Below are positions 15,983 to 24,695 of a stretch of DNA of 24,893 nucleotides, piece by piece. The stretch's first letter is position 1. Each line of letters opens with the position of its first letter. The stretch is taken from assembly GCA_964645805.1 (NCBI GenBank), contig CAZYBL010000002.1:1-24893 (forward strand), written 5' to 3'. The DNA comes from an uncultured Candidatus Peribacteria bacterium (GTDB taxonomy: Bacteria; Patescibacteriota; Gracilibacteria; Peribacterales; Peribacteraceae). Made by a program: the position numbers and the translations under genes. A model generated the notes under the pieces. It searched no databases and had not been told where the DNA came from. It was given only the letters and a program-made list of their open reading frames with translations.

Positions 15983-16495
15983 TCACCTCTTAACCCTCCT
16001 CATCACCCCCTCAGCAAGCTTAACTCCGGAATACGCCGGATTCCCGTCATCCTGCTCGAGTGTTATATGAACTATATTTAGATTTCTTATATCCATCTCG
16101 TCACTGAACAGTACCTGATGACGTGTGTCACCAAAATGGTTTACCAGATGCCCTATTGGGATCAATGCTGCTTCGTCCTCGGTTGTAATCCAAGCCTCAT
16201 AAAACGACCCATCATCTGCAGTGTTAATATTTAACTGCACTGTAATTTCCGAAGTTCCATCTTCATACATATGTCCCTGCACAACTCCATTAGCAGGAAC
16301 CTCGGAAGCAGAGTTCATAGCCCCATATGCAAACCACTTTTCTTTTCCGTGATCCAAGTGGACTATTTTGCCTTTGCCCGGCATCACATACCTAAATGCC
16401 TCTTCACCAATGGGAGGATCTTCAACTGCTATTGAATCATCTTTGCCGCAGCTTAAAAGTATCAATGGAGCAATGAGAATTAGTAACTTTTTCAT
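15983..16495 (-). CDS. putative lipoprotein with RskA-C-terminal-like domain
   Basis: MKKLL...LLSC lipobox; FYEAWI...IPIGHL...HITLEQDDGNPAYSG resembles the anti-sigma-K C-terminal domain pattern. Confidence 0.7.
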   Translation of the reverse strand: MKKLLILIAPLILLSCGKDDSIAVEDPPIGEEAFRYVMPGKGKIVHLDHGKEKWFAYGAMNSASEVPANGVVQGHMYEDGTSEITVQLNINTADDGSFYEAWITTEDEAALIPIGHLVNHFGDTRHQVLFSDEMDIRNLNIVHITLEQDDGNPAYSGVKLAEGVMRRVKR

Positions 16496-16511
16496 AGAAT
16501 CAAATTCTAAA

Positions 16512-16539
16512 GAAACTAAAAACCAAAAACCAGAAACCA
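16512..16539. repeat. heptamer array (RAAACYA)4
   Basis: GAAACTA-AAAACCA-AAAACCA-GAAACCA in the gene junction. Confidence 0.8.
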
Positions 16540-16549
16540 ATCAACTTTT

Positions 16550-18532
16550 TTACCACAAGTACCCCAGCCTCCTCGCCTTCACCCTACCCCTTTCCAAAGT
16601 AGCATGATGATCTGCTCGTGCTGCGAGGACCTCATACTGAGGCTTGTATCTCCTCGTACTCATCTCCGCATATCTGTTCGCCAAATCAATCACATCCTCA
16701 ACATTAGGAGACAGTGCTATGTAATGAGAATTTCTCTCGATTGCATCCACATATTTCTTCATCATTTCTATACTCCCATCTTTAACCTCCTTAAGCTCAT
16801 CCCACATACTCGCATCGATCATTAATTCGACCTTTGAGCGCATAATCCCGAAATCGTTGTACATTCCGCCTTTCATAAGAGCTTCGTCATAAGTCATCAA
16901 CGCATCTTCAACTAACCTCTGTGAGCGCAAGATATCTGCTTCCATTTTGCTTCCGCGATAATCCTCACTATTAAGATTTTGGTAATCCTGAACCGCACTT
17001 TTTGCCTCTTCTAAGCGCTTAAGGTCGTACAATATTTTTGCTCTACTTAGATGCATGTCTCTGCTAAGTATCTGCGGTGATGCGCTCTTATACCATCCTA
17101 GAGCCTGCTCAAGATTACCTTTAGCCTCACCATGTCTTCCAAAGGAGCTTAGAACCATTCCCTGTCCTTCCATTATTGCTATCCCAAGTACTATAGTCGC
17201 TAAAGTAACCTCAAAAGTCCGTACTAATCTTTTATTCACTATTCGAGCTTTCCCCCATTTAATTTCTGCAGATAGCATCCCAAGAAGCATCCAAAACAAA
17301 AGTCCTATAGATACAAATTGGAGATTAAAATCTATCAAGCTATGAGCAATTAAGCCTGCAATTGCAATCATTATTAATCCCTGCCTCTCATTACTTAAAT
17401 TCAATTTGAATTGTTTAACACTCTTTATAAATATAACTGCTAATAAGAATACAAAAAGTATCGTAGCAATCCATCCCCTCTCCACTACGTACTTAAGAAG
17501 TACATTATGAGCATGATCCGAAGTAGCTCTAACATCATTTTGTAATCTCGGTTGAACGAACCTGAAACTATATGGCCCCCAACCGAAAAGCGGTCTTTCT
17601 AAACTAAGTGAAAATGACTGCCTCCAGAATGAAGCACGTTCAGAAATTGATGACGCTCCTTCTGCAGATGTAAACGTTGCTTTTTCGGAAACGGATTGAA
17701 CCGGGAAGTATTGTGACCTAATTGCGTTCGCTCCTGAAAAGAAAACAATTGAAACTAAAACTGTAATTCCGATTTTAACAAGCGAATCTTTCCATGGGAA
17801 TGAATTTTTCTTCCAGTGTTTTTTACCTATCCACAATCCCCATAAAACTAACTGACCCGCGAATGCAATTAACGCTCCACGTGAAAAACTTAGTAACAAA
17901 AAGGAAATTAGAATTCCCAGTACTAAGTATCTTACAAACATCTGAGCTCTTCGTTTTTCCTGCAATGCCCAAAGAGCAATTAGCGGCCAGGATACTAAAA
18001 GCCAATCCGCCCAGGCATTCGGCCAGTAGTCTGTGTGAAATCTGTGATCGAAAAATGTCCCGACAAATCTATTTACCGGCTGGAAAATGTAAACGAATAA
18101 TCCGATTAGTCCTGCGATCAGCGTTGCAATAACAATTGCATCCAAAAAACTTGAGAAGTACTTATTACTCCCTCTGGCTTTAAGCCTTCTAAATGCCCAG
18201 AAGAAAATTAGAGCGAAACAGGAGGTCCTAAAGACTTCATCAAGCCCGTAATTAAGAGTTGAAGAAAAAGCGAAACTCAAGAAAGTCCAAACTACAAATG
18301 CAATTACAGGCAGCCAGACTATGAGTGGAATCGGATCTTTTTTAGGCCTGGTCCGCCAATAAATATACGTACACATCCACGCCAAAATCGTCAGCAACCA
18401 CGTAGTTTCTAAGCTCTTCCCCCCCTTCCAGATAAGGGCGAATATTAGGAATCCAAGAACGGTTCTTTCTACTATCTTTTCCCAAGGGTACGAGGGGATC
18501 TTTTCTAATCTCTTAATAAAAGATGAAAGCAT
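16550..18532 (-). CDS. O-antigen ligase (Wzy_C)-family membrane protein with C-terminal TPR-like region
   Basis: About 12 TM segments; SFSRGALIA, ERASFW, RPLFGWG, DHAHN..L...VERG, AHSLIDFNL; helical repeat C-terminus. Confidence 0.88.
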   Translation of the reverse strand: MLSSFIKRLEKIPSYPWEKIVERTVLGFLIFALIWKGGKSLETTWLLTILAWMCTYIYWRTRPKKDPIPLIVWLPVIAFVVWTFLSFAFSSTLNYGLDEVFRTSCFALIFFWAFRRLKARGSNKYFSSFLDAIVIATLIAGLIGLFVYIFQPVNRFVGTFFDHRFHTDYWPNAWADWLLVSWPLIALWALQEKRRAQMFVRYLVLGILISFLLLSFSRGALIAFAGQLVLWGLWIGKKHWKKNSFPWKDSLVKIGITVLVSIVFFSGANAIRSQYFPVQSVSEKATFTSAEGASSISERASFWRQSFSLSLERPLFGWGPYSFRFVQPRLQNDVRATSDHAHNVLLKYVVERGWIATILFVFLLAVIFIKSVKQFKLNLSNERQGLIMIAIAGLIAHSLIDFNLQFVSIGLLFWMLLGMLSAEIKWGKARIVNKRLVRTFEVTLATIVLGIAIMEGQGMVLSSFGRHGEAKGNLEQALGWYKSASPQILSRDMHLSRAKILYDLKRLEEAKSAVQDYQNLNSEDYRGSKMEADILRSQRLVEDALMTYDEALMKGGMYNDFGIMRSKVELMIDASMWDELKEVKDGSIEMMKKYVDAIERNSHYIALSPNVEDVIDLANRYAEMSTRRYKPQYEVLAARADHHATLERGRVKARRLGYLW

Positions 18533-18685
18533 GCAGGGATATGATTGCACAATTTAAAGATCTTTGTAAGTTTTCTCGTGTTTTCAAAGATAAATACCTG
18601 CAAAATATTAACTAACTCGCCTAAAAATCGATTTCCGATTATTTCACTCATGTTTAAAGATTTTTGGAAAGTTTGTAAAAATCAT

Positions 18686-18844
18686 TCATGATTTATTCTC
18701 CTCATTTTCTATTTCCCCTAACATCCTAATCATATCATCAAGACTAATCCCTTTTCCATTATTGTCACGATCCGCATCGAATAGAACTTCTTCATTCGCA
18801 TGCTTGATAATTTTTCGCCTGTTATTTTTAAGCCTCTTATTCAT
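18686..18844 (-). CDS. small protein, 52 aa (not in the ORF track)
   Basis: MNKRLKNNRRKIIKHANEEVLFDADRDNNGKGISLDDMIRMLGEIENEENKS*; TATACT lies upstream; divergent from tRNA-Leu. Confidence 0.5.
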   Translation of the reverse strand: MNKRLKNNRRKIIKHANEEVLFDADRDNNGKGISLDDMIRMLGEIENEENKS

Positions 18845-18876
18845 TTTTAAGATCTAGAAGTAGTATAAGGATATTA

Positions 18877-18904
18877 TTGCACAAAACGTCTTTAATTGTA
18901 TACT
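18877..18904 (+). promoter_or_regulatory. tRNA-Leu promoter
   Basis: TTGCAC-N16-TATACT, 13 nt before the tRNA. Confidence 0.7.
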
Positions 18905-18917
18905 TTTAAGGCTTTTT

Positions 18918-19004
18918 GCCGTGATGGCGGAACTGGTATACGCGCACGCTTCAGAAGCGTGTTCTCATAAGAGATTGTGGGTTCGACTCCCACTCACGGC
19001 ACCA
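18918..19004 (+). tRNA. tRNA-Leu (anticodon CAG)
   Basis: Acceptor GCCGTGA/TCACGGC, anticodon arm CACGC-ttCAGaa-GCGTG, long variable arm, GGTTCGACTCC and CCA. Confidence 0.97.
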
Positions 19005-19056
19005 TAAAATACATATTATTCTTGCAAAATAGCTTTTCATATAATAGAAGTACAAT

Positions 19057-19440
19057 ATGGACAAAATACGTGAGCACGCGCTCCACAATGAAACAGTAGT
19101 TCTACTTGGCAGTATTGAGCACTTGTCTAAAGCGCAAAATAGCAAAACTCTGAACCCAGAAGTTCACACACTTGTAGATCATAGATCAAGTGTACTTAGT
19201 TCTTTACAAATCATAAAAACTGGGACGAGATACGAGTTATCTGATGAAACATGTGCCCAGCTTCTCGAAATCGTTGAAGACGCACTTACTTGGTTTCCAA
19301 TAGATGGAGATAAATTTGTACCAGTACCTGAAGAGAAACTACAGCAACTGCATACCGCAATCCAATTATCAAAACTATTTGCGCCTAAAGGTGAAGTTGG
19401 CGACACTACAAAAGGATTAAAATATAAACCTTGGGATTAA
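19057..19440 (+). CDS. hypothetical protein (127 aa)
   Basis: Open frame immediately after tRNA-Leu; no recognisable motif. Confidence 0.7.
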   Translation: MDKIREHALHNETVVLLGSIEHLSKAQNSKTLNPEVHTLVDHRSSVLSSLQIIKTGTRYELSDETCAQLLEIVEDALTWFPIDGDKFVPVPEEKLQQLHTAIQLSKLFAPKGEVGDTTKGLKYKPWD

Positions 19441-19441
19441 C

Positions 19442-20134
19442 TCAATTAACCTCAATCCCCTGCTTGATAGCCTCAAACATCTGGTACCACTCAATTATAA
19501 GAGGGTTTGAGTTTCCGAGTATTTCATAATGATGGAACTTAGAAAATATCCTCATGTTCTCCCCTGTTTCTGCCTGCTGTATCCAGACTAATTCCTCTCC
19601 GCAATTATCCGTATCGGTATGGAAGTAATCCGGAAATGTTTCCATCATCTTATCTTTATCGGCCTTTAGATTTACAACAACCTGATATATCTTTCCTTCA
19701 TGTTCCGGATAGAAGACTAATATGCGCTCAAAAGTTACATCACAAACTTCGAACCTTCCAAAGACAATCCCTTCCCTCGCATTTAATTCTCCCAAAGATA
19801 CAACTTGCTCTGATGCCTCTTCTTCGAAATCAAGTCCAGGTCCTTTCTCGCCTTTTTCCAGAGCTTCCATCACAGATTCAGCCATATTCCGCGAATACAA
19901 TCCCCCTTCAGCCAAGTTTTCAACGTCCTCATGAGTTATTGTTAGAGTCAAAAAATCACTTGTACCTATTCCTCCTTCTTCAAACTTTACACTTTCAGGT
20001 ACAAAGAAGTTCACACCTATGGTTTCATTAGCAAAGTAATCCCCTTTAACCTGAATTTCCTCAGTCTTGTCGTCTTCTGCAGGTGCGCAGCCTACGAGGA
20101 TAATTAAACTTGTGAGAGTGAGGAGTTTTTTCAT
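19442..20134 (-). CDS. putative lipoprotein
   Basis: MKKLLTLTSLIILVGC lipobox (ATG 20134); acidic extracytoplasmic domain. Confidence 0.8.
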   Translation of the reverse strand: MKKLLTLTSLIILVGCAPAEDDKTEEIQVKGDYFANETIGVNFFVPESVKFEEGGIGTSDFLTLTITHEDVENLAEGGLYSRNMAESVMEALEKGEKGPGLDFEEEASEQVVSLGELNAREGIVFGRFEVCDVTFERILVFYPEHEGKIYQVVVNLKADKDKMMETFPDYFHTDTDNCGEELVWIQQAETGENMRIFSKFHHYEILGNSNPLIIEWYQMFEAIKQGIEVN

Positions 20135-20174
20135 AGTGGTGGGAGGATATAGGAAAACCTGACATGTTGTAATG

Positions 20175-20207
20175 CAATTAATCAATTAATTGATTAATGG
20201 ATTAATT
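20175..20207. repeat. palindromic 8-bp-period site, copy 1
   Basis: CAATTAAT-CAATTAAT-TGATTAAT-GGATTAAT; perfect palindrome 20177-20198. Confidence 0.85.
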
Positions 20208-20231
20208 ACCCTAATCCATAAACACATTGGT

Positions 20232-20531
20232 TTACTTCAGCATTTTTTTTGTGCCCTCATCAGCTTTTGATACCCACTGTTCAACTTTATCAACTGTTGA
20301 TTTGCCAATATGTAAATCACTTATAATCTTGGTTTGAGGCTCACCATTTAATATTCTCTTCGCAGCCTTTATTCTTCTTACAACCATAACTTTCTCACTT
20401 GGTAACAATGCTCCAGCAAAGAATCTCGCTAACTCTTCAGTTGATGATGCAGACATGCATGTTTCCCAGAATTCTTTACCAAGTAACTTGTATTTTTTTG
20501 GAGTAAGCCTGCGATAGTCAATTTTACCCAT
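20232..20531 (-). CDS. TrpR-like (YerC/YecD-type) HTH protein
   Basis: ELARFFAGALLPSEKVMVVRRIKAAKRILNGEPQTKIISDLHIGKSTVDKVEQW fits the Trp-repressor-like pattern. ATG at 20531 lies 8 nt after TTGCAA-N17-TATGGT. Confidence 0.8.
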   Translation of the reverse strand: MGKIDYRRLTPKKYKLLGKEFWETCMSASSTEELARFFAGALLPSEKVMVVRRIKAAKRILNGEPQTKIISDLHIGKSTVDKVEQWVSKADEGTKKMLK

Positions 20532-20579
20532 GGTGATCGACCATACACCTATACAATGCTGTTTGCAAGCTTTCATATA

Positions 20580-20607
20580 TCAATTAATCAATTAATTGAT
20601 TAATTGA
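20580..20607. repeat. palindromic 8-bp-period site, copy 2
   Basis: TCAATTAATCAATT/AATTGATTAATTGA, a perfect 28-bp palindrome; 24 bp are identical to copy 1. Confidence 0.85.
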
Positions 20608-20628
20608 ATAGACATTTTGGCTAACTAT

Positions 20629-20668
20629 AAAAGAAAACCCAGCCCCAGTTGCAAGCAACCGGGGCTGG
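20629..20668 (-). terminator. intrinsic terminator
   Basis: Minus strand CCAGCCCCGGTTGC-tt-GCAACTGGGGCTGG followed by GTTTTCTTT. Confidence 0.85.
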
Positions 20669-20688
20669 ATAACGCTGTTCCTTCGTCA

Positions 20689-21315
20689 TCACTCTTCCCT
20701 CTTGAGCAAACGATCAAGTTCTCTTTGAACATCTGGACTATCGTAGGGATTTCTTCTAGGTCTCATCAGACACAGTAATGCGACTATCACCGGGATGGCT
20801 ATGAGGAGAAGAATGGATACGATTACGAGAATGCATATCAACCACATTGGCATCTTATTCTCCTCCTCTTTGGACTCCTCCGTTTCTGGTTCTACAACAA
20901 CTTCTGCATTCCCATGCGGGATAGCGGTTACTTTGCTCCCACTATCAGAATCCGTGAAAGTGTATGCCTCCTCCTTCGCCTCTTCAACCTGATCTTTCGA
21001 AGGCCTGAGCACCTTTTTTTCTTCCGGCGGCTCTGCGCTTCCTTCTGTCGGAATAGCTTTGAGCTTCCCATCTTCTTGAATGATTACAGCCTGCTTGCCC
21101 AAAGGAACATCCTCCAAGGCATTCAGAATGTTATTCAAGTTATCGCTTAGGACCGGTTCTTTGGTCGGATCCTTGGCATCCGCAGCAGCGGCCACCGGTG
21201 GATCGGAGGGTTTTTCGGCTTCCTGTCCATCGCATCTCGATATCAAGATCAAGAAAGCTATGAACACAGTAGCCACAATCCAAAACTTCCTGTCAAAGTA
21301 CTTTTGATCACTCAT
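20689..21315 (-). CDS. hypothetical membrane protein (N- and C-terminal TM, low-complexity acidic middle)
   Basis: AGGAG SD, two hydrophobic segments, tandem TGA TGA stops; about 50% GC. Confidence 0.8.
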   Translation of the reverse strand: MSDQKYFDRKFWIVATVFIAFLILISRCDGQEAEKPSDPPVAAAADAKDPTKEPVLSDNLNNILNALEDVPLGKQAVIIQEDGKLKAIPTEGSAEPPEEKKVLRPSKDQVEEAKEEAYTFTDSDSGSKVTAIPHGNAEVVVEPETEESKEEENKMPMWLICILVIVSILLLIAIPVIVALLCLMRPRRNPYDSPDVQRELDRLLKREE

Positions 21316-21428
21316 GACACATCTCCTGTAACGAAAAAGATCGATCGTAACTTAACTTAAACAGCGTTTATCCTGTCTAGCTACAAGCCAGCAGGAGATT
21401 CATACTATTCCTACGAGATTTTTATTTC

Positions 21429-21462
21429 AAGAAAAGCCGGCCCCGCGTCTGCGGGACCAGCT
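21429..21462 (-). terminator. intrinsic terminator
   Basis: Minus strand AGCTGGTCCCGC-agac-GCGGGGCCGGCT followed by TTTCTT. Confidence 0.8.
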
Positions 21463-21480
21463 CCTGACACCAAAACGGCG

Positions 21481-21861
21481 TCATTCTTGTGGTGGTTTCG
21501 AATTCGCCTCCTGCTCTTTCAGCAGATCAAGTTCGGTCTGGACTTCCCTGAGAGCCTCCTTGAATTCGTCAACGGTTGCGTAGACATCGGGCAATTGCTC
21601 GTCATGCAGTTTAGGGACATTCTCCCTCAGTACAGGTAGCTCCTGACGAAGAACTGCGAGACTTTTGTTGATTTTCACGAGCGGATCTTCTTCGACTTGA
21701 GCCGCCGCAGCCTGATTGAAGTCCTCCGTCTTTGTAGCCGATTCATCCAGGCGATGAAGTGCCTTAAAAAATAATAAGACAATCACCACTGCGAACAATG
21801 AATACACAAGCACCTTTATCCGTAAAGGCATTTCACGATTCGGTTTTAGATCTTCGCTCAT
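21481..21861 (-). CDS. hypothetical membrane-anchored coiled-coil protein
   Basis: N-terminal TM (VLVYSLFAVVIVLLFF) and a heptad-like C-terminus; about 50% GC. Confidence 0.75.
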   Translation of the reverse strand: MSEDLKPNREMPLRIKVLVYSLFAVVIVLLFFKALHRLDESATKTEDFNQAAAAQVEEDPLVKINKSLAVLRQELPVLRENVPKLHDEQLPDVYATVDEFKEALREVQTELDLLKEQEANSKPPQE

Positions 21862-21983
21862 CTGTCACTACCCCTTTTCATGAGAAAGAGCGCTTCACGC
21901 TCCGAAAAAACAAAAATCGAAACTCACTGATAAAACCATACGTGAGCTTAATTTAAATTTCTACGGATTTTTGAATTTCTTTC

Positions 21984-22011
21984 TTGACTCTTCCTCTTAG
22001 CACTCTAAAAT
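21984..22011 (+). promoter_or_regulatory. groESL promoter
   Basis: TTGACT-N16-TAAAAT, overlapped by CIRCE. Confidence 0.75.
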
Positions 22012-22023
22012 TGCGACTGCTAA
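21997..22023. promoter_or_regulatory. CIRCE element (HrcA operator)
   Basis: TTAGCACTC-N9-GACTGCTAA, one mismatch to the consensus TTAGCACTC-N9-GAGTGCTAA. Confidence 0.92.
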
Positions 22024-22037
22024 CTAACCCCAAAAAT

Positions 22038-22367
22038 ATGCCAGATATCCCTAAGCTCGCAGTAAATATAGAACCACTCGGAGACCGGGTAGTAATAATG
22101 CCCCTGGAAACCGAGGAAGTCACAGCCTCCGGAATAGTCATCCCGGATACCGCCAGCAAAGAAAAACCATCCGAAGGAGTGGTTATTGCAATCGGTAAAG
22201 GCGGTGTTGGAAAAGATTGCGCTAACCCGTCCGAATTCCTCAAGGTCGGTGACAAGGTATTATTCGGAAAGTACGCCGGCGATGACGTTAAGCTTAAGTC
22301 TAAAGATGGCAAGGATGTCGAAGTGAAAGTATTGCATTTGGATTCAGTACTTGGCAAAGTTATTTAA
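22038..22367 (+). CDS. groES: co-chaperonin GroES
   Basis: [46 protein letters not shown]; ATG at 22038. Confidence 0.97.
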   Translation: MPDIPKLAVNIEPLGDRVVIMPLETEEVTASGIVIPDTASKEKPSEGVVIAIGKGGVGKDCANPSEFLKVGDKVLFGKYAGDDVKLKSKDGKDVEVKVLHLDSVLGKVI

Positions 22368-22385
22368 CTCCTACCCCCTCATCCA

Positions 22386-22406
22386 ACACGGGCGAGACGC
22401 CCGTGT
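22386..22406. repeat. REP-like palindrome
   Basis: ACACGGGCG-aga-CGCCCGTGT, a perfect 9-bp stem in the groES-groEL spacer. Confidence 0.7.
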
Positions 22407-22440
22407 CACATTTCCCACCACCTCCTCCCACCCTACGTCA

Positions 22441-22475
22441 TTTAATTTTCAATTATCAATTATCAATTTTCCATT
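22441..22475. repeat. heptamer array (WTYMATT)5
   Basis: TTTAATT-TTCAATT-ATCAATT-ATCAATT-TTCCATT, ending 8 nt before the groEL ATG. Confidence 0.8.
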
Positions 22476-22483
22476 TTACTACT

Positions 22484-24112
22484 ATGGCTAAGCAACTATT
22501 ATTCTCCACCGACGCCCGCGAAAAAATATTCGAAGGGGTAGTCCAACTAACCAATGCAGTTAAATCCACAATGGGTCCCAAAGGACGCAATGCGGTTATC
22601 GAAAAGAAGTTCGGTGCTCCTACCGTGACCAAAGATGGAGTTTCTGTAGCAAAAGAAGTTGAACTGGAAGATCCATTTGAGAATACTGGCGCTCAGCTGG
22701 TACGTGAAGCTGCAACTAAAACTAATGATGCAGCAGGTGATGGAACCACGACTGCAACAGTACTCGCTTACGCGATAATGGAAGAAGGACTTAAACATGT
22801 AAGTTCCGGAGTGAATGCGATTTCTATGAAGCGTGGAATTGATAAAGCTGTTAAAGCAATTGTTGAAAAGCTTGAGGATATGAAACAGGATGTTTCTAAA
22901 AAGGAGGAGTATGCAGCAGTTGCAAACATATCCGCTCAAGACCCGGAGGTTGGTGACACAATTGCAGAAGTTATTGAACAAGCCGGCAAAGACGGAGTTG
23001 TAACAGTCGAAGCAGGGCAAACTTTGGGGCTTGAGAAAGAATACGTAGAAGGAATGCAATTTGATAACGGCTATATCTCACCTTACTTTGTAACTGATAC
23101 TGCAAAAATGGAAGCAGTGTTCGAGAGTCCTTACATACTGATTACTGATAATAAGATTGGATCAATTCAGGATATTCTTCCGCTACTTGAAGGACTTGCA
23201 CAAAAAGGAAAGAAGGAAATAGTTATCATCGCTGAGAACGTAGAAGGTGAAGCATTAGCTACACTCGTTGTGAATAAACTAAGAGGGACCTTCGTGGCGC
23301 TTGCAGTTAAAGCACCTGCGTTTGGTGATAGAAGGAAAGAGATGCTAAAAGACATCGCAGCTCTGACCGGTGGAAGAGTGATTTCGGAGGAAGTCGGTCT
23401 TAAGCTCGAAAACGCCACAGTCGAAGATCTTGGAACTGCCAGAAGAGTAGTTGCCGACAAAGACAATTGTTTAATTGTCGACGGCGGTGGTAATAAGGAT
23501 GATATTGAAGCGCGAATTGGACAGATCAAATCGCAACTAGAAACAACTTCGTCTGACTTCGATAAAGAGAAACTACAAGAGCGTCTCGCTAAGCTTTCCG
23601 GTGGTGTTGCGGTAATCAAAGTAGGAGCAGCAACCGAAGTTGAGCAGAAAGAGAAACAACATAGAGTAGAAGATGCTCTCCAAGCAACACGCGCGGCCGC
23701 TGAGGAAGGAATTGTTCCCGGCGGAGGAACTGCTTACATCCGCGCTCTTGACGCTCTAGATAAAGTCAAAACAGATGATGAAGATGAAGCAATTGGAGTG
23801 GACATCGTAAAGAACGCACTCTCTGCTCCAACCAAAACGATTGCGGAGAATGCTGGAATTGCAGGTGATGTAGTACTGGATAAAGTCAAGAAAGAGAAGG
23901 GCAGCGTTGGTTATAACGTGCTGACTGATAAGTATGAGGATCTGGTTAAGGCAATGGTAATTGATCCTAAGAAAGTTACCAGGTCAGCACTAGAGAACGC
24001 TGCATCCGTTGCATCAATGTTTCTGACTTTGGAGGTTGCGATAACGGAGATCCCCAAAGAAGAACCTGCGATGCCAGCGATGCCGGATGGAGGAATGGGG
24101 GGGATGATGTAG
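22484..24112 (+). CDS. groEL: chaperonin GroEL
   Basis: [68 protein letters not shown] and a GGM tail. Confidence 0.99.
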   Translation: MAKQLLFSTDAREKIFEGVVQLTNAVKSTMGPKGRNAVIEKKFGAPTVTKDGVSVAKEVELEDPFENTGAQLVREAATKTNDAAGDGTTTATVLAYAIMEEGLKHVSSGVNAISMKRGIDKAVKAIVEKLEDMKQDVSKKEEYAAVANISAQDPEVGDTIAEVIEQAGKDGVVTVEAGQTLGLEKEYVEGMQFDNGYISPYFVTDTAKMEAVFESPYILITDNKIGSIQDILPLLEGLAQKGKKEIVIIAENVEGEALATLVVNKLRGTFVALAVKAPAFGDRRKEMLKDIAALTGGRVISEEVGLKLENATVEDLGTARRVVADKDNCLIVDGGGNKDDIEARIGQIKSQLETTSSDFDKEKLQERLAKLSGGVAVIKVGAATEVEQKEKQHRVEDALQATRAAAEEGIVPGGGTAYIRALDALDKVKTDDEDEAIGVDIVKNALSAPTKTIAENAGIAGDVVLDKVKKEKGSVGYNVLTDKYEDLVKAMVIDPKKVTRSALENAASVASMFLTLEVAITEIPKEEPAMPAMPDGGMGGMM

Positions 24113-24134
24113 GATGACAGTTGATAGAATTTTG

Positions 24135-24173
24135 AAAACCAGAGCAGCCCTTCGTGGCTGCGAGGGTTTTCTT
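24135..24173 (+). terminator. groESL terminator
   Basis: AAAACC-aga-GCAGCC-cttcgt-GGCTGC-gag-GGTTTT followed by CTT. Confidence 0.7.
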
Positions 24174-24185
24174 ATTATATTTGGG

Positions 24186-24233
24186 CCTCGCACCCGCGGT
24201 TTTGTTTTTTGCCCCTCGCGCCCGCGAAGGGGC
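24186..24233. repeat. REP-like palindrome(s) upstream of RAYT
   Basis: Hairpin GCCCC-TCGCG-cc-CGCGA-a-GGGGC (24211-24233), plus a partial direct copy CCTCGCACCCGCG (24186-24198). Confidence 0.6.
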
Positions 24234-24263
24234 GCTCTGGTTATATGATATAATTATCGACTT

Positions 24264-24695
24264 ATGACTCAGAGACATCGAATACAAAACGAGGCCCTAA
24301 TGCTTATCACAACAAATACTATTAATTCTGAACCATATTTCGGTAACGATGCATATGCTAGAGAAGCAATAGAATCCCTCTACAGAATTAGAAAAATATA
24401 TCCGTTTTATTTATATGAATTCGTAATAATGCCTGATCATATTCATTTGTTTATGAAAGTAAATAAGCCATACACAATATCAAAAATTATGAATGTATAT
24501 AAATCAGGACTCACATTTAATATTGGTATTAAAAAATTGTGGCAAGCTCGATTCGATATTCGGATCGTGAAAGATGCAAATAATGTCATTCAATATATTC
24601 ACATGAATCCAGTCAAAGCAGAATTAGTTAGTAAACCCGAAGACTATCCTTGGTCATCAGCCTCAGGAAAATGGGATACTGATCATCTAAATTAA
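24264..24695 (+). mobile_element. REP-associated tyrosine transposase (RAYT, Y1/IS200-like HUH)
   Basis: LITTNT, FVIMPDHIH (HUH), LWQARFDIR, YIHMNPVKAELV..PEDYPWSS; TGaTATAAT lies 9 nt before the ATG. Confidence 0.92.

Noticed and set aside
21888-21939. Phe-rich sORF MVLSVSFDFCFFGA (21939-21895, minus) with hairpin GAGCG/CGCTC + TTTCT
   Set aside because: T-rich DNA yields Phe codons by chance. The hairpin overlaps the stop, the reverse of classical geometry, and no antiterminator was found.
22547-24287. Antisense ORFs over groEL, and similar shadow ORFs over rnhB, tsaD, the PKD gene and the O-antigen ligase
   Set aside because: They fully overlap well-supported genes and have no independent evidence.
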